Source of the DNA: Antedon mediterranea
Taxonomy: Eukaryota; Animalia; Echinodermata
NCBI RefSeq assembly: GCF_964355755.1
Contig: NC_092670.1
Span: 10,774,795 to 10,838,794, forward strand
Length of the DNA: 64,000 nt
Direction of reading: 5' to 3'
The notes beneath the pieces were generated by a model that worked only from the letters and a program-made list of their open reading frames with translations, had not been told where the DNA came from and did not search any database. Shown here piece by piece: positions 24,772-38,300 of this stretch (its first letter is position 1; each line of letters opens with the position of its first letter). Position numbers and translations under genes: made by a program.

Positions 24772-25033
24772 GATGGGTACAAAGAGGAACATTTTTAAAA
24801 TAAATTCTTTACACTCAGTAACGAAATATTTGTTCATGTTTTATAGGCCTATAAAAATTATATCATTAAATACAGTAGAACATTTGCGATTTAATACTTG
24901 AAGGATGGGTACAAAGAGAAACAATTTTTACATATACTCTTTATTCACTCAGTAACGAAACATTATGTTCATGTTTTATAGGCATATAAATATTACACCA
25001 CTAAATACAGTAGAACATTTGTGAATTAATACT
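24772..25033. repeat. Two diverged tandem copies of a ~133-bp unit
   Basis: gatgggtacaaagag...cactcagtaacgaaa...aaatacagtagaacatttg occurs at 24772 and 24904. Confidence 0.8.
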
Positions 25034-26119
25034 TTGTTAAAATCAGGGTTAAAACCCCACCATTCCTTTTACCGCAACTCCCCCCTCCCCCTTCTGACTT
25101 TGGGAATTTTTTTAATGTAGTTTAAAACCTTCACAGACAATTGCAGTCATTTTGATAGCCATGTATGGTTACGTGCAGAAACAGAAATTTGTATAACGAA
25201 CAGAAAAATACAAAAAGTGGAAAAAAGGTTGGGAATTTTGACCCATAACTTGTATTCAAGATGGCGGATGATGTTCAATACAGTTTAGAACCTTCCTGTA
25301 CCATTATGGTAATTTTGATACCCCATATGTGTACAGTAACAACAATGTGTATAACTAACATACAAACATCAAAGTACAAGCAGATTCATAAGTTAAATTC
25401 ATACAAAAAGAATTGATCAAATTTTTGTTTTTTCTGAAAGTGATTTTTGACGCTAATACATTCAAAGTTGAATTTTGTAGTTGTTTATTTGCTTTTTAAT
25501 ATTTATATACTTTTACCTTTACCTTGGAAAATACATTAGCATTCATCTTGTGTTTCCTTATGTCACTAATTTCTTAGATCAAAACCAATATAATAAGATA
25601 TATAATATGTAGGCCTACATTTATTGTAAGTTTTTATTTAATTTTTAATCATTTCAAAACAAGATTCAATTTAAAAACTATTGCAAATATCCATTGAAAA
25701 TACTCCTAAAATTAGATTAAGATTTATGATTAGATATCAATTTGATTTTATTAATTAAAAACAACAATAATAATAATGTTACTATTATGCATTTATTAGC
25801 ATAGTTTTAAAATATTAATTAAATTCTTAATAAAATTAATAATTTTTTTACATTATATTATTTGGTATAATATTTAAAAATGATTAATAACAACAAATTC
25901 ATTGTTACTATATTATATACTTTAAAATTCAAAATAAAAAATTCCATATAATAAATTTTAAACAAATCACAGTTGATATGACATTGACAATATATTGGTT
26001 ATTAATGTTATAACATTTGGATTATTATAATAAAATAATTATTTAATGATAAGGCAAAATGATATTTAAAAGAAACAAAGAAGAATCTAAATTATTCAAT
26101 AATTACAGATTCTGATTTG

Positions 26120-26351
26120 TTATGGTGCTCTTTTAACCATCATCCCTTCAAAAGCATTCCAGTTGATGCCTTTAGAATCATGTGTACCTGGTGTAAGGTA
26201 AAGCCTGTTCAGGTCTGAATCATGACAGCTTTTGTACCACCAACCACATTTGTCTAAGGCCTCTATCAAAAGTATACAAGTTGATGCCAGTGTAATCAGC
26301 TGTACCTGGTGTAAGGTAAAGCCTGTTCAGGTCTGAAACATGAACATTCTC
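26120..26351 (-). pseudogene. Two silent variant copies of the FReD C-terminal segment downstream of the paralog 2 stop
   Basis: 26351-~26255 reads ENVHVSDLNRLYLTPGTADYTGINLYTF; 26251-26120 reads KCGWWYKSCHDSDLNRLYLTPGTHDSKGINWNAFEGMMVKRAP*. Confidence 0.9.
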
Positions 26352-29300
26352 TTATGGTGCTCTTTTAACCATCATCACTGTCTTCTTGAGACTGTTGTAA
26401 TTACTATGGAAATGATACCAGCTGGTGCTTGTCACATCATTTGTACCTGGTGTAAGGTAAAGGCCATTCAGGTTTGAATGATTACAGGCATTGTGCCACC
26501 AAGCACCTTTGTATAGCTCAGCACAGTTACTACGTCTATTCTTATCATTGTCTCTATCATACGTTGTAAATTGGTGACCATTGCTGTATTCCAAAGAATC
26601 ACCTAAACAAACAAGATAATATTAGATCATCTTTAGTTTACTTCATAAAATCTTAAATTAACATTCATTTTAAAATATTTGTTTTTCTTTGTGTTATAAA
26701 ATAAAAGATATTTGATATACAAAAAGGGAAAATAATAATATACAGTATACCCTAAAATTCGTAATATATTTTATAATTGATTTCATTTATCTGTAAATTG
26801 TATGCCATAAATTAAATCATAGCACAATTATATAAATAGTTTTTTTTATATGTACTGTATATATATTTTTTATTAACTATTCTTATATCATAGTTGCTTT
26901 ATTTTAATATTTTATATATTTTGTTTTGTCATAGTTAATTTTACTTTAAAAGCAATGCATTTAATAATGAAGAAGAAAGAAGAAAACACAAGTTATATGA
27001 AACTGTACTAGATTCACACTATGATTTTTAATTTCAATTTCTTTAACTTTATTTTGTGTACTTTTAAATCAGAGTGGTCATTAGTTGTTATAACTGGCTC
27101 CTTTTTGAGGGACCACTGTCTAAAAAATAACTTTAATGTGCGAGTGCGCTATGTTATTGTAAGGTACAATGAGGATTTTTACAACAAAAATTATTTTGGG
27201 TAGAGAATTCTATAATTCCGTAGTTACTGGCAGTAATTATATTTTTTTATATCTAACCTGTTTGTGCAATTATTTAGCAAGCTTGTTTGGATGCCTACTA
27301 CATTAATCATACACATACTGTTGCATTGACTGCCTCATAAATGCCTACTACATTAATCATACACATACTGTTGCATTGACTGCCTCATAAATGCCTACTA
27401 CATTAATCATACACATACTGTTGCATTGACTGCCTCATAAATGCCTACTACATTAATCATACACATACTGTTGCATTGACTGCCTCATAATTGCCTACTA
27501 CATTAATCATACACATACTGTTGCATTGACTGCCTCATAATTGCCTACTACATTAATCATACACATACTGTTGCATTGACTGCCTCATAAATGCCTACTA
27601 CATTAATCATACACATACTGTTGCATTGACTGCCTCATAAATGCCTACTACATTAATCATACACATACTGTTGCATTGACTGCCTCATAAATGCCTACTA
27701 CATTAATCATACACATACTGTTGCATTGACTGCCTCATAATTGCCTACTACATTAATCATACACATACTGTTGTATTGACTGCCTCATAAATGCCTACTA
27801 CATTAATCATACACATACTGTTGCATTGACTGCCTCATAATTGCCTACTACATTAATCATACACATGCTGTTGCATTGACTGCCTCATAAATGCCTACTA
27901 CATTAATCATACACATACTGTTGCATTGACTGCCTCATAAATGCCTACTACATTAATCATACACATACTGTTGCATTGACTGCCTCATAAATGCCTACTA
28001 CATTAATCATACACATACTGTTGCATTGACTGCCTCATAAATACCTACTACATTAATCATACACATACTGTTGCATTGACTGCCTCATAATTGCCTACTA
28101 CATTAATCATACACATACTGTTGCATTGACTGCCTCATAAATGCCTACTACATTAATCATACACATACTGTTGCATTGACTGCCTCATAAATGCCTACTA
28201 CATTAATCATACACATACTGTTGCATTGACTGCCTCATAAATGCCTACTACATTAAAACAAAAATCAGTAAATGTAGTTACTGCAGTAAATGCAGTATAA
28301 TAATTTTAACATGATCTATTGATAAGATAAGTTGTTGTACTGTGGGTATGTGAACATTTTAATAGATTCGTTTCAGGCCTGTAAGAAGGAATTGCGAAGT
28401 GGGAGGTCCATCCAAAAATGTACTTTATAGACAGTTTACATTCAAGGTGATCACCTTTGGGCTTTACATTATATTTGAGAAGCGACATCAATTGATAATC
28501 AAAAAGTATCAAATTATTATTATTTGTTGTTTAAACTTTTAAATATTGTGGTCTAATTATGACATGACTGGTGAAAACATGGGGCTATATGTCACAAAGG
28601 CGTAGAATTTTTTTGCATGAGATTCACTTCAATATCATTATTAGAATTGTTTTGTTCCATTTTCAGATGTTTTTAGAAGCTTTTCTTTTAATGTTTGTCC
28701 AATTTCTTTAAGCTTTAGTATGTTGCGTATACCGTTATTTTTAGTCCTACTGTATGGGCCTTGGCTATGATCCCGGATGTTTATAATATGGTGGCTTGTC
28801 AAGAAAAGCGGTCATCTATTTGACCTTTGTAATACAAAAAAATCAATATTTTAAAAAATTAATTTAAACGATCATATAAGATCTGAAATATCTAAAGGTA
28901 ACTTTACAGGTTTGATGGTCCTTGACATACAAAAGGCTTTTGATACAGTCAACCATCAGATATTATTGCAAAAACTGGTTCATATGGGCATTGATAAAGA
29001 AGAAAGATTGCAAACAAATGACATCAGTAAATGGCGTTCAGTCCCAACCATGTACTATATCTAGCGGAGTTCCCCAAGGTAGCATTTTAGGACCTCTTTT
29101 TTATGTTATATGCTGATGATACAATATTGAAGTGCAAATCTGGCATCATGTAACAACTGGCTTATACTGTAAACAACAAACTATCATTACATCTTGTTGA
29201 TAAAACTGAGTCAATATTGTTTGGTACTAAAAGAAAACTTAAGAATGTTCTTGATTTTGCTGTTATTTTTAAAACTAAGTTGATATGTAAGAAGAATATG

Positions 29301-32300
29301 ATCTCATATCTTGGTTGTTTGCTTGATGAAGACTTGTCTGGAGAATCTATGGTTCAAAAATTTCTTGGTAAGAATAATTCAGGACTTAAATTTTTGTATA
29401 GACATTCTGCATGTCTAAATTTCTTTTCTCGCAACATTCTATGCTCTGCACTCATTACCTGTCACTTTGATTATGCATGTTGCTCCTGGTTTCCAGCTGT
29501 TTCTAAAAAACTTAAACAAAGACTTCAAACCAGTCAAAATAAAGTTGCTAAGTCTATAAAATAAATATATAAATAATCGAGCACATATTGGTAAAGACGA
29601 ACTGAACCAAATCGGTCAATTATTTTTAGAGGATAGAATTTGCCAACTCAAACTAAATCATGTTCATAAGATTTTTTATGGAAAATCTGTACCTTATTTG
29701 ACTGAAAAGTTTAAAAGAGTTTCATCTAACCACCTTTATAGGACTAGAAGTAGTGTCAATGGTTTCAGTTCCTAAATCTGATAGTCAAATATCTCAAACT
29801 TTTTATTATACAGGCAAAAAATATCAACAAACCGTTTCAGATTTTCACCAACTGTAAGTTAATCTCTGAGAAAATTCTTTCCGATTTTTTCACACTCGAT
29901 CCCAGGCCAATAATCGAACGGGCCCACCGAGATGGTAAAAGTATGAACGGTAAGCCAAGGCATATCATTGCCCGTTTTCTCTCATACGCTTCTAAGATTG
30001 AAGTTATGAAACAACGAAGTTCTGCGCTAGATAGCCAGAAATTTTATACCATAGATGATCTTACTGCTGCCGATCTACTGGAAAAAAAGAAATGGAGATC
30101 ACAAGTAAAAGAGGGTACCAAGCTTCGTTTTACGGCTGGAAAATGGCGAACTTCAACTGGCATTCCGGTAAACTTTTCAAAATTCCATTGAAATAGTTCC
30201 GGTAAACTTTTCGAAATTCCATTGCCATACCAGTGATCGGAATGTTGTTGTAAACACTTGGACTGACTAAGAATCTTTTATCCATTATTTTCCTTACATC
30301 TGCATACTTTGCTTAATTTGTACAAGCCACTTGATTGATTTTACATAATAATTTTACAATAGCGTTTTCAGGAGTCTGTTCTCACATAATTGCATTGTCA
30401 TAAGATGTTTAAATCACTTAAAACCATTTATTCACCTTTGTTTTATTGTTACCCCCCAATTCTTAACTTGTTTCTTTATATTTACGTTCTTGTACTTTTC
30501 TGTTTTTACGTAACATTACCAGGCATCTTTTATTACATATTATATAACACCTATATAAATTCCTGTCATTTGATTGGACGAATGTGGGTCACATGGCGTG
30601 CAATAGTACGCACTATTCAACGATCGTTAAATAGTACTTTTTGAAACATTTTTGTGTACGAAAAAAAAACGTCTAGATGTTATATAAAACAAATAATGAA
30701 TGTTTTGTATTCGTGTAATGGTACAAATAATGGCACTTGGTGAATGATGAAAGGTTATATCAACTCGGCTTTGCCTCGTTGATATAACCTTTCATCATTC
30801 ACCTCGTGCCATTATTTGTACCATTGCACTCATAAACATTCATTATTTGTATACTATTGAATAAACTGATCACATTATGTACCGCTAAATATTCTCATGG
30901 ACCCTTTTGACAATATAGATGCATTTCCATTTAATCACATTATTGATAATGATGAATTCTTGCATGTCATTCACTATTACTTTTGTGACGATAGAATTCT
31001 TTAATTTTTAACCCTTTTGATATTAATATTAAAGATGTTATTAATGACAACGATGCCCAATTATTTTCCTAAATTATTGAATCTTGTGCCTATGAATATA
31101 TCGATAGTCTTAACAACAAATATTCAACACAAGATTATTCATTTAGTATCTTTCACTTAAACGCACGCAGTCTTGTTAAACATTTTAACGATATCAATGT
31201 ATGCGTAGGTGCTATTAACCATGAATTCTCAGCACTATGCTTCACCGAAACTTTTTTAAATCATAATACGCCTTTTTCCTTTTATAATATTCCCAATTAT
31301 AACCTCTTGCATGTTCCACGAGCTGATAGACCAGGAGGAGGCGTTGCCATTTACCTACACCAGAGATTTAAATATATTCTTCGCCATGATTTATCATTAC
31401 TAATGGTTCGGAATCTCTTTTCATTGAAATCGATGCACAACCCAAAAACGTAATCCTTGGAGTAGTATATCGTTTGCCTGAATTATCCATTAACACATTT
31501 AATAAAGATATCTCTAATTTAATTGACACCATTAATAATGAGAAAAAAACAGCATATATTTCAGGAGACTTTAATATTAACTTGTTAAATTCCAAAACAC
31601 ATAAAGGTACTTCTGATTTTGTTAATACTTTATTTCAATCGAATTATTATCCTCTTATTACTAGGCCAACTAGAATTACGCGTAATTCTGCAACTCTAAT
31701 CGACAATATTTTTTGTAATAATCTATACGATAACATTTCTTCCGGAATTCTATATTCGGACATCTCAGATCACTTTCCTGTTTTCTTGTTAATACATAAA
31801 TCAGAACCTCTCCAACACCTGAAACCTAAATCAAAATATATATACATAAAAAAAGTCAATGATATTTCAATTTCTGCCTTAAGTAATGATTTGTCAAATG
31901 TTGACTGGACTAGTATTTATTACTCCAATGAACCCAATGAGGCATACGCTTTATTCAACGACATATTTAGTACATTATATAATAACAACATTAAAACCAC
32001 TCGTTCCAGACGCAATTTTCGAAAAGAAAAAAAACCTTGGATAACTAAATGCTTAATTAAATCTATCCACAAAAAAAACAAATTATATAAAACATTTCTT
32101 ATATCTAAAAAGCAAAAGGACAAAGATAAATATGTTAAATATCGAAATGTACTTACTAAAATCCTTCGTACTGCCCAAAAGAATTACTTCACCTGGCAAA
32201 CAATAAATGGAGTCCTTGGCAAGAAATCTCGTAAACCGTTTCCTTCTCACTTTATTAATAATGACATTGAATTAAATAATCCTCAACAAATTGCAACTGA

Positions 32301-35300
32301 ATTCAATAATTATTTTACTAGTATAGGACCAAATTTAGTTAACAAAATACATGTGTCGGATAATGATAATTATACTTCTACCCTACCTCGTCCATGTGTG
32401 CACTCTCTCTTTCTTAGTCCTGTAACCGAACATGAAGTTGTCAGTATAATACTTTCCCTCAAAGATAATAAATCTCCTGGGTTTGATGGGTTTTCCAATA
32501 AAATTATTAAAAGTGTTTCTAATTTTATATGCAAACCCTTAACTCACATTTTTAATACTTCTTTTCAAACCGGTATTTTTCCTGATTCTTTTAAAATAGC
32601 TAAAGTCATCCCTATCTACAAGAAAGAAGATCCTCATCATTTCAATAACTACAGACCAATCTCCCTACTTCCTTGTTTCTCAAAATTAATTGAAAAAATA
32701 ATGCATAATCGAATTTCTTCCTTTTTAACTAAACATAACATTTTATTTAAAGGCCAATATGGTTTTAGGAAAAAGTATTCTACAGATCTTGCTTTATTAG
32801 ATATTTTTGACAAAATTACAATTGCCCTGAGTAAAAATGAGTTTTCTGTTGGCATTTTCCTTGATTTATCTGAGGCCTTCGATACTATTAACCACGATAT
32901 TTTAATTCATAAACTTTCAAATTACGGTATAAGAGGCCTTCCTTTAAAACTAATTAAAAGCTACCTTTTCAATCGTGTTCAGTTTACTTCCTTAAATAAT
33001 TTTAACTCTTCCTATTCCCGTTTAACCTGTGGTGTTCCCCAAGGATCGATTCTTGGACCACTCTTATTCCTGATTTTTGTTAACGATATACCAAACAGCT
33101 CTAAATTACTAAATTTTATCTTATTTGCTTTTTTCTCTCATCCTAAATTAAATACCTTGTTTAAAATTGTCAATGATGAGTTACTTAAAGTTTCAAATTG
33201 GCTCAAACACAATAAATTAACTCTTAATACATTCAAAACGAACTATATAATATTTTCTAAACGTAAAATTTCAAATTCTTTAAATGAACAAATATACATT
33301 GATAATAAAATGATCAAACGAGTTAATGAAACACAATTTTTAGGAGTAACCATAGATGCTTCTCTGACTTGGAAACTACATATAAATAAAATCAGTAATC
33401 TAGTTTCTAGAAATGTTGGAATATTGAACAAATTAAAGCATATCTTCCCTCAAAAAACTTTATTAACCCTTTATAATACTTTAGTTTTGCCTTACCTTTC
33501 TTATGCCAATTTATGTTGGGCAATTACTCTAGATAAATTTAATACGTTATGCCCCTGGACAAGTCTAGAGAAAACTCAAATTGACCGCCTTTTTAAATTA
33601 CAAAAACGTGCACTTCGGATTTGCGCGTGAGAATCATTTAGAGCCCATACAAAATTACTTTTTAAAAGATTTAACGTTTTAAACATTTATGATTTAAATA
33701 AATTACAAGTTGCCTCATTTATGTACCGTTTATCTAACAATTTACTGCCTTCACATTTTAATGCTTTATTTACAAGAATTGACGAACGCCATTCCTATAA
33801 AACCCGATCCTCTGTTAACAATTATATCCTTGATAATTTAAATGTTAAGGCTCGACGATTTTCTATGTATTATATTGGTCCCAAACTTTGGACTTCACTC
33901 TCAAATGAACTTAAACAGAAATCTTCCTTTTCTAGTTTTAAATCTAATTTCAAACACAAAATGGTGTCAGAATATGCTACATAATTTTTCGCCGATCTTT
34001 TATCCTTATTTATTTGGTGGTGATACATGGCATTAAATTCCTTCACCCTGGTATTCAATAATCTCCGCTACATTGTATCGTTATACTTGTTATTATACCA
34101 TATTTAATTATATTTCATATTGTACTCTAATTGTTATCATTATCCCTTTTATCATTATATTATATAATTGCCTGGTTTATCTTAACTTCTATAATTAAAA
34201 TTTTTTTTTTTTTTTTGATTTTATGTACTTTCACTATTATATATTCATATTTTAGTCTACTCTGTAGCAATGTTAGTATACTTATAGGCATACGGGAGTC
34301 ACGACTTAAAGTTATTTGTATTTATTTATATAGTTATCACATCGTATTATTTATTCTACTCAGGTACAAAACATATCTCGAAATTGTTAACAATTTTGAC
34401 AATAAAGTTATCTTGTATCTTGTATCAAAGGCATGGAATAACCTACCTCAATCTATTCAGCAAATAGGAAACAAAAGTAATTTAAAGAAAAATGTTAAAT
34501 GAAATTTCTGTTCAACCAAATAAAAGTCAATCATAGTCTGTTATATATATATTATTGTTTTTGTTATGTTTACGTGTTTATAATGCAATAATTTGTAACT
34601 TAAATTTTTTTAATTTTAGATTAAAAAAGGAAAAAAACTAATATTCTTTGTGGGCTATCCTGGAAAATCTTTCATAAATGTATTATTTGTAATGTCAATA
34701 ATATATGTTATCACTTTCTATGTATTTTTTATGATGCTTTTCCTAATAAATTCAAATCAAATCACTTTGTGTTCATTCTTCTTACTTTGATGTTTTTAAC
34801 ATAAAATTTAGAACAAAATATATCATACCATGATGATTAAAGATTTATAAACACTTATAAATTTAAAACTCTTTGAAACATATTATTTTGCATACTTATC
34901 TATATATAAATTTACGTAAGGGCAAAATTTGGTAAATCGCGCGTTATTTCTAGAATGTTTACTCGATGGTATATAAAGTTGGTTCGTACTTTCGGTACTG
35001 ATTTTAACCACCTGATTAACCCTGTTTACTAATTAAATTTAGTTAGGTAATTAGTTATTGACGATTAAAACGAATTTAGGTTCAACGATTTGCCCAAATA
35101 GGGGTGTTTTCCGATCGTGGTATACACTGTCTAATGCATGTCCATCGTAAAAAATACCCGCATACAATAATACGAGGATGCTTGGCATTTTCCTATCTCC
35201 TCCTACGATAACTGTTTTTAATGGCTGAAAATTCGCTTATGGTTATCCTTGGCAATTTGCCTAAATAAATAAATATATAAAAAAAAAAAAAAAAAAAAAA

Positions 35301-38300
35301 ACCCGGTTGAACAGCTCGAGTACAGCATCATAATGTTGAAGACAGGCCGATTTTCTTTAAAAAAATACTATTTTGATAGATTTAATATACGTTTATACAA
35401 ATGTATTGATTTGCAATGAATGGAACATTCCAAATTATTTGGTTTAACCATGCTTGCATACCTCCATGGTTTAACACAAGTAGGTACATTTATATAGACC
35501 TTTGGAGAATAAACAGAAATAGTATTGTATAAATGCTAATACAAATAGGTATTAACCACTTTTGATCTCCATTTGAATCAAAAGTGTTTTGGTACTGTTA
35601 GATATAATATAAACAAATATACTAATACATTTTATTACTGTGAGTGTGGGTAGCCCCTACTTTTAGATTATAAACACATAATAATATAATACTTTATTAC
35701 TGACAGTTGCTTCTCAACGTTTGTATTAATTAATAATTACAAAAATATAAACGTGGTAGTGGTCTTTGAATGTACTTTACTATTAATTCAATCGACCATG
35801 AGACAGTGACAGTTTTAATAAAGTATTAAATCCGAAATGTTTTACTCTATTTAGTGGTATATTATTTATAGGCCTATAAAAAATGTATTTCGTTACTGAA
35901 TGGATAATAAAGAAATATAAAGAATAATTTAATATAAAGAATATATTAAAAAATTGTTCCTCTTTGTACCTATCCTCATCCCCAACGCTCAACTCTAATG
36001 TTAGATACAAAACCCTAAACTCTAATAGATACAAAATTGGGTTTGTTTAAATGAGTCCAAATAACAAATTTGAACTCATTTTGTGACAAGTTTCTAGGTG
36101 CTAATTTTGGTTGACTACATAAATCATTGTGTCTATTTATTTGTTTCTGTAAACGACAATGTTTTATAGTCCTGCCGTACGTACATTTGAAATCGCCAGT
36201 TTTTTTTACGCTGAAATTACTATGTATTCGAGAACCGGGTGGGCAAGAACTAGATGGTACGCGAGCGAAGCGAGCGCACCATCTAGTATACTCAATTAAA
36301 TAAAAAACCCATTTTTATGTTTCATAGAATTTAATATTATTTAATTTATTTATTGAAATTTATTGTTTTTGCTAAAAGTAAATAGTAATGAGTATCTACC
36401 CTTTTTTGGTGGGTATTTGTAATATTATTCTGAGCCTCATTTGTTTCCATTTCGTTCCATTTTGTGTTTAAGTAGGACCAGTCACATACACGATACAATT
36501 AAAATCATTTGCGTTTATTTTGTAGTGGCTTTGTAGCTTCAATATTTGGTTTGTTCCAGCAGTCTAGTCACATGGCATCAGACCTTCTACAATGTGTTTA
36601 AAAGATTTTTTAGTTAGAACTGAACATGTAAGCCTTTTGTCGGTTTTGTACCTGATTTGGAATTCCATTTTCTATAGGATGATAATTAAGCTCTTTTTTA
36701 TATTTTATTTATTACATAACTACAATAAAGAACTTTAAAGGTCACTTCATTTTTAAAATTTAAAGAATGGATTTGCACGCAGTATTGAAAAAAGCTGCCT
36801 CCCCTAAATTTGATAAAGACCACCTCAAATTATGCTAGAACGCTGTTGCTTCTGTGAACTTTAGATCCTGACACCACCGCTGCTTGGGTACAATACATGT
36901 ATCAAATTCTGTCCCAGCAGTAAATGTCCTTAATATCATTTAACATTGTTTAAGCAGTCGTAATTCTAATAATAGTTTGATTATCCTTTTGATTATCAAT
37001 TAAATATTAAAATAAAATCCTACAGTATGTGGGTATTCCATAGATTATTTTTACTACAAGGTACAAAGGGTGTTGTTAAAAAAATGTTAATTCTTTGTTT
37101 ACTTTCTTCAGATAAAAATTGATTGAATGTACTAACCTGCAGTTCCTGTGTATCCACTGATTGTCAAAGTATAGTTAGAATCCTCAGTATCAATATAGAA
37201 TTGAGAATATTTTGCAAACTTTGTTACATCCAAGTGGTCCGTCATTTCTACCATTAGCTCAAAATTGCCGTTAGATGTTATACGGTTGATTTGTTCATTA
37301 CCAAGCCAGAACTCGGTGTTCACGTTTCCAAAACCCTCTTTGTATTGCAACCAATTTCGGTAGAAATCAACTGATCCATCTTGTCTTCTCTGTATCACCT
37401 GATAATGAAAGGATAGTAATCTATACTCTACTTTACTAAAACAGTGATGGCAAGCCCATCAACTGGCGTAAATACAGTAGAAATGAATGAAATGAGAACC
37501 TGACCAGTATATTACAATTAAGGTATGTCAATAGATTTTATGGATTTTCCAATTTGACTATAATACCATATTTTACAATAATTTGGTTCTTATGAAAGTT
37601 TTGGAACATTCGTATACTTTCTGTCAACATTTCAACATCAATGTCAACTCGAACGTTTCCACAGCTGTGTTAAGGCTTCCAAAGTGTTACAATTATGATA
37701 CTGTATATTCAGTGTTTTCTGTCCCTGGTACTGTTTTAGTAATGAATTATTAACCTGTGGCAATGATGTTGGATTTACTTGTAATTTCTTTGAATAAATT
37801 GTTGCCTACTGTATACGTACCGTCCAACCTCCATCTTCCCTCATGTCACAGTACACAGTAAACTCTAATCCTCCATCTCCTGGCTGTATAACATATTCAC
37901 CACTATCAGCAGAAGGAATATATTGTAAAATGTCACCACAGTCCCTCATAAACCTCTATAAAATGTTAAAAAATTTGGTTTTATAAAATATCACTGATAT
38001 AATATAGGTAAAATGCAACTCTATAATAGTAATACAGTAATAATAATAATCTATATATAAATTATGGTTAATTCTGACATAGGCGAGCACAATGCAAAAA
38101 CCTCGGTACAAATCTCCGTCATGGATACCTACCTTATCTATCTCAGACAGCGTTGCCAGCGATAAAATTTAAATTATGCCGTATCCTGTCTCAAATAATG
38201 CCAGATTGGGAAAAATAATGCCAGATCCCCAAAATGTGGCCCTAAACAGCGCCACCAACGGTTGTATGTCTAATAAACGTTTGTAAAACCCCAACTGACA

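Larger units (their letters stand above)
28890..34763 (+). mobile_element. Older decayed CR1/L2-group LINE split by a second LINE (parts 28890-29815 and 34424-34763)
   Basis: DIQKAFDTV, GVPQGSILGPL, YADD, HFDYACCSWF; the peptide SQTFYYTG resumes as KAWNNLPQSIQ after 34424; AATAAA and (TCAAA)n tail at ~34745-34763. Confidence 0.8.

Noticed and set aside
27291-28255. CRISPR-like reading of the 50-bp arrays (also 49164-52363 and the 39-bp array)
   Set aside because: Head-to-tail repeats with no unique spacers, no cas genes, eukaryotic intronic context.
26120-33984. Diversity-generating retroelement (template/variable repeat plus nearby RT)
   Set aside because: Cassette-gene differences are not confined to adenines, and the nearby RTs are ordinary defective LINE ORF2s, the longest lacking its catalytic DD.
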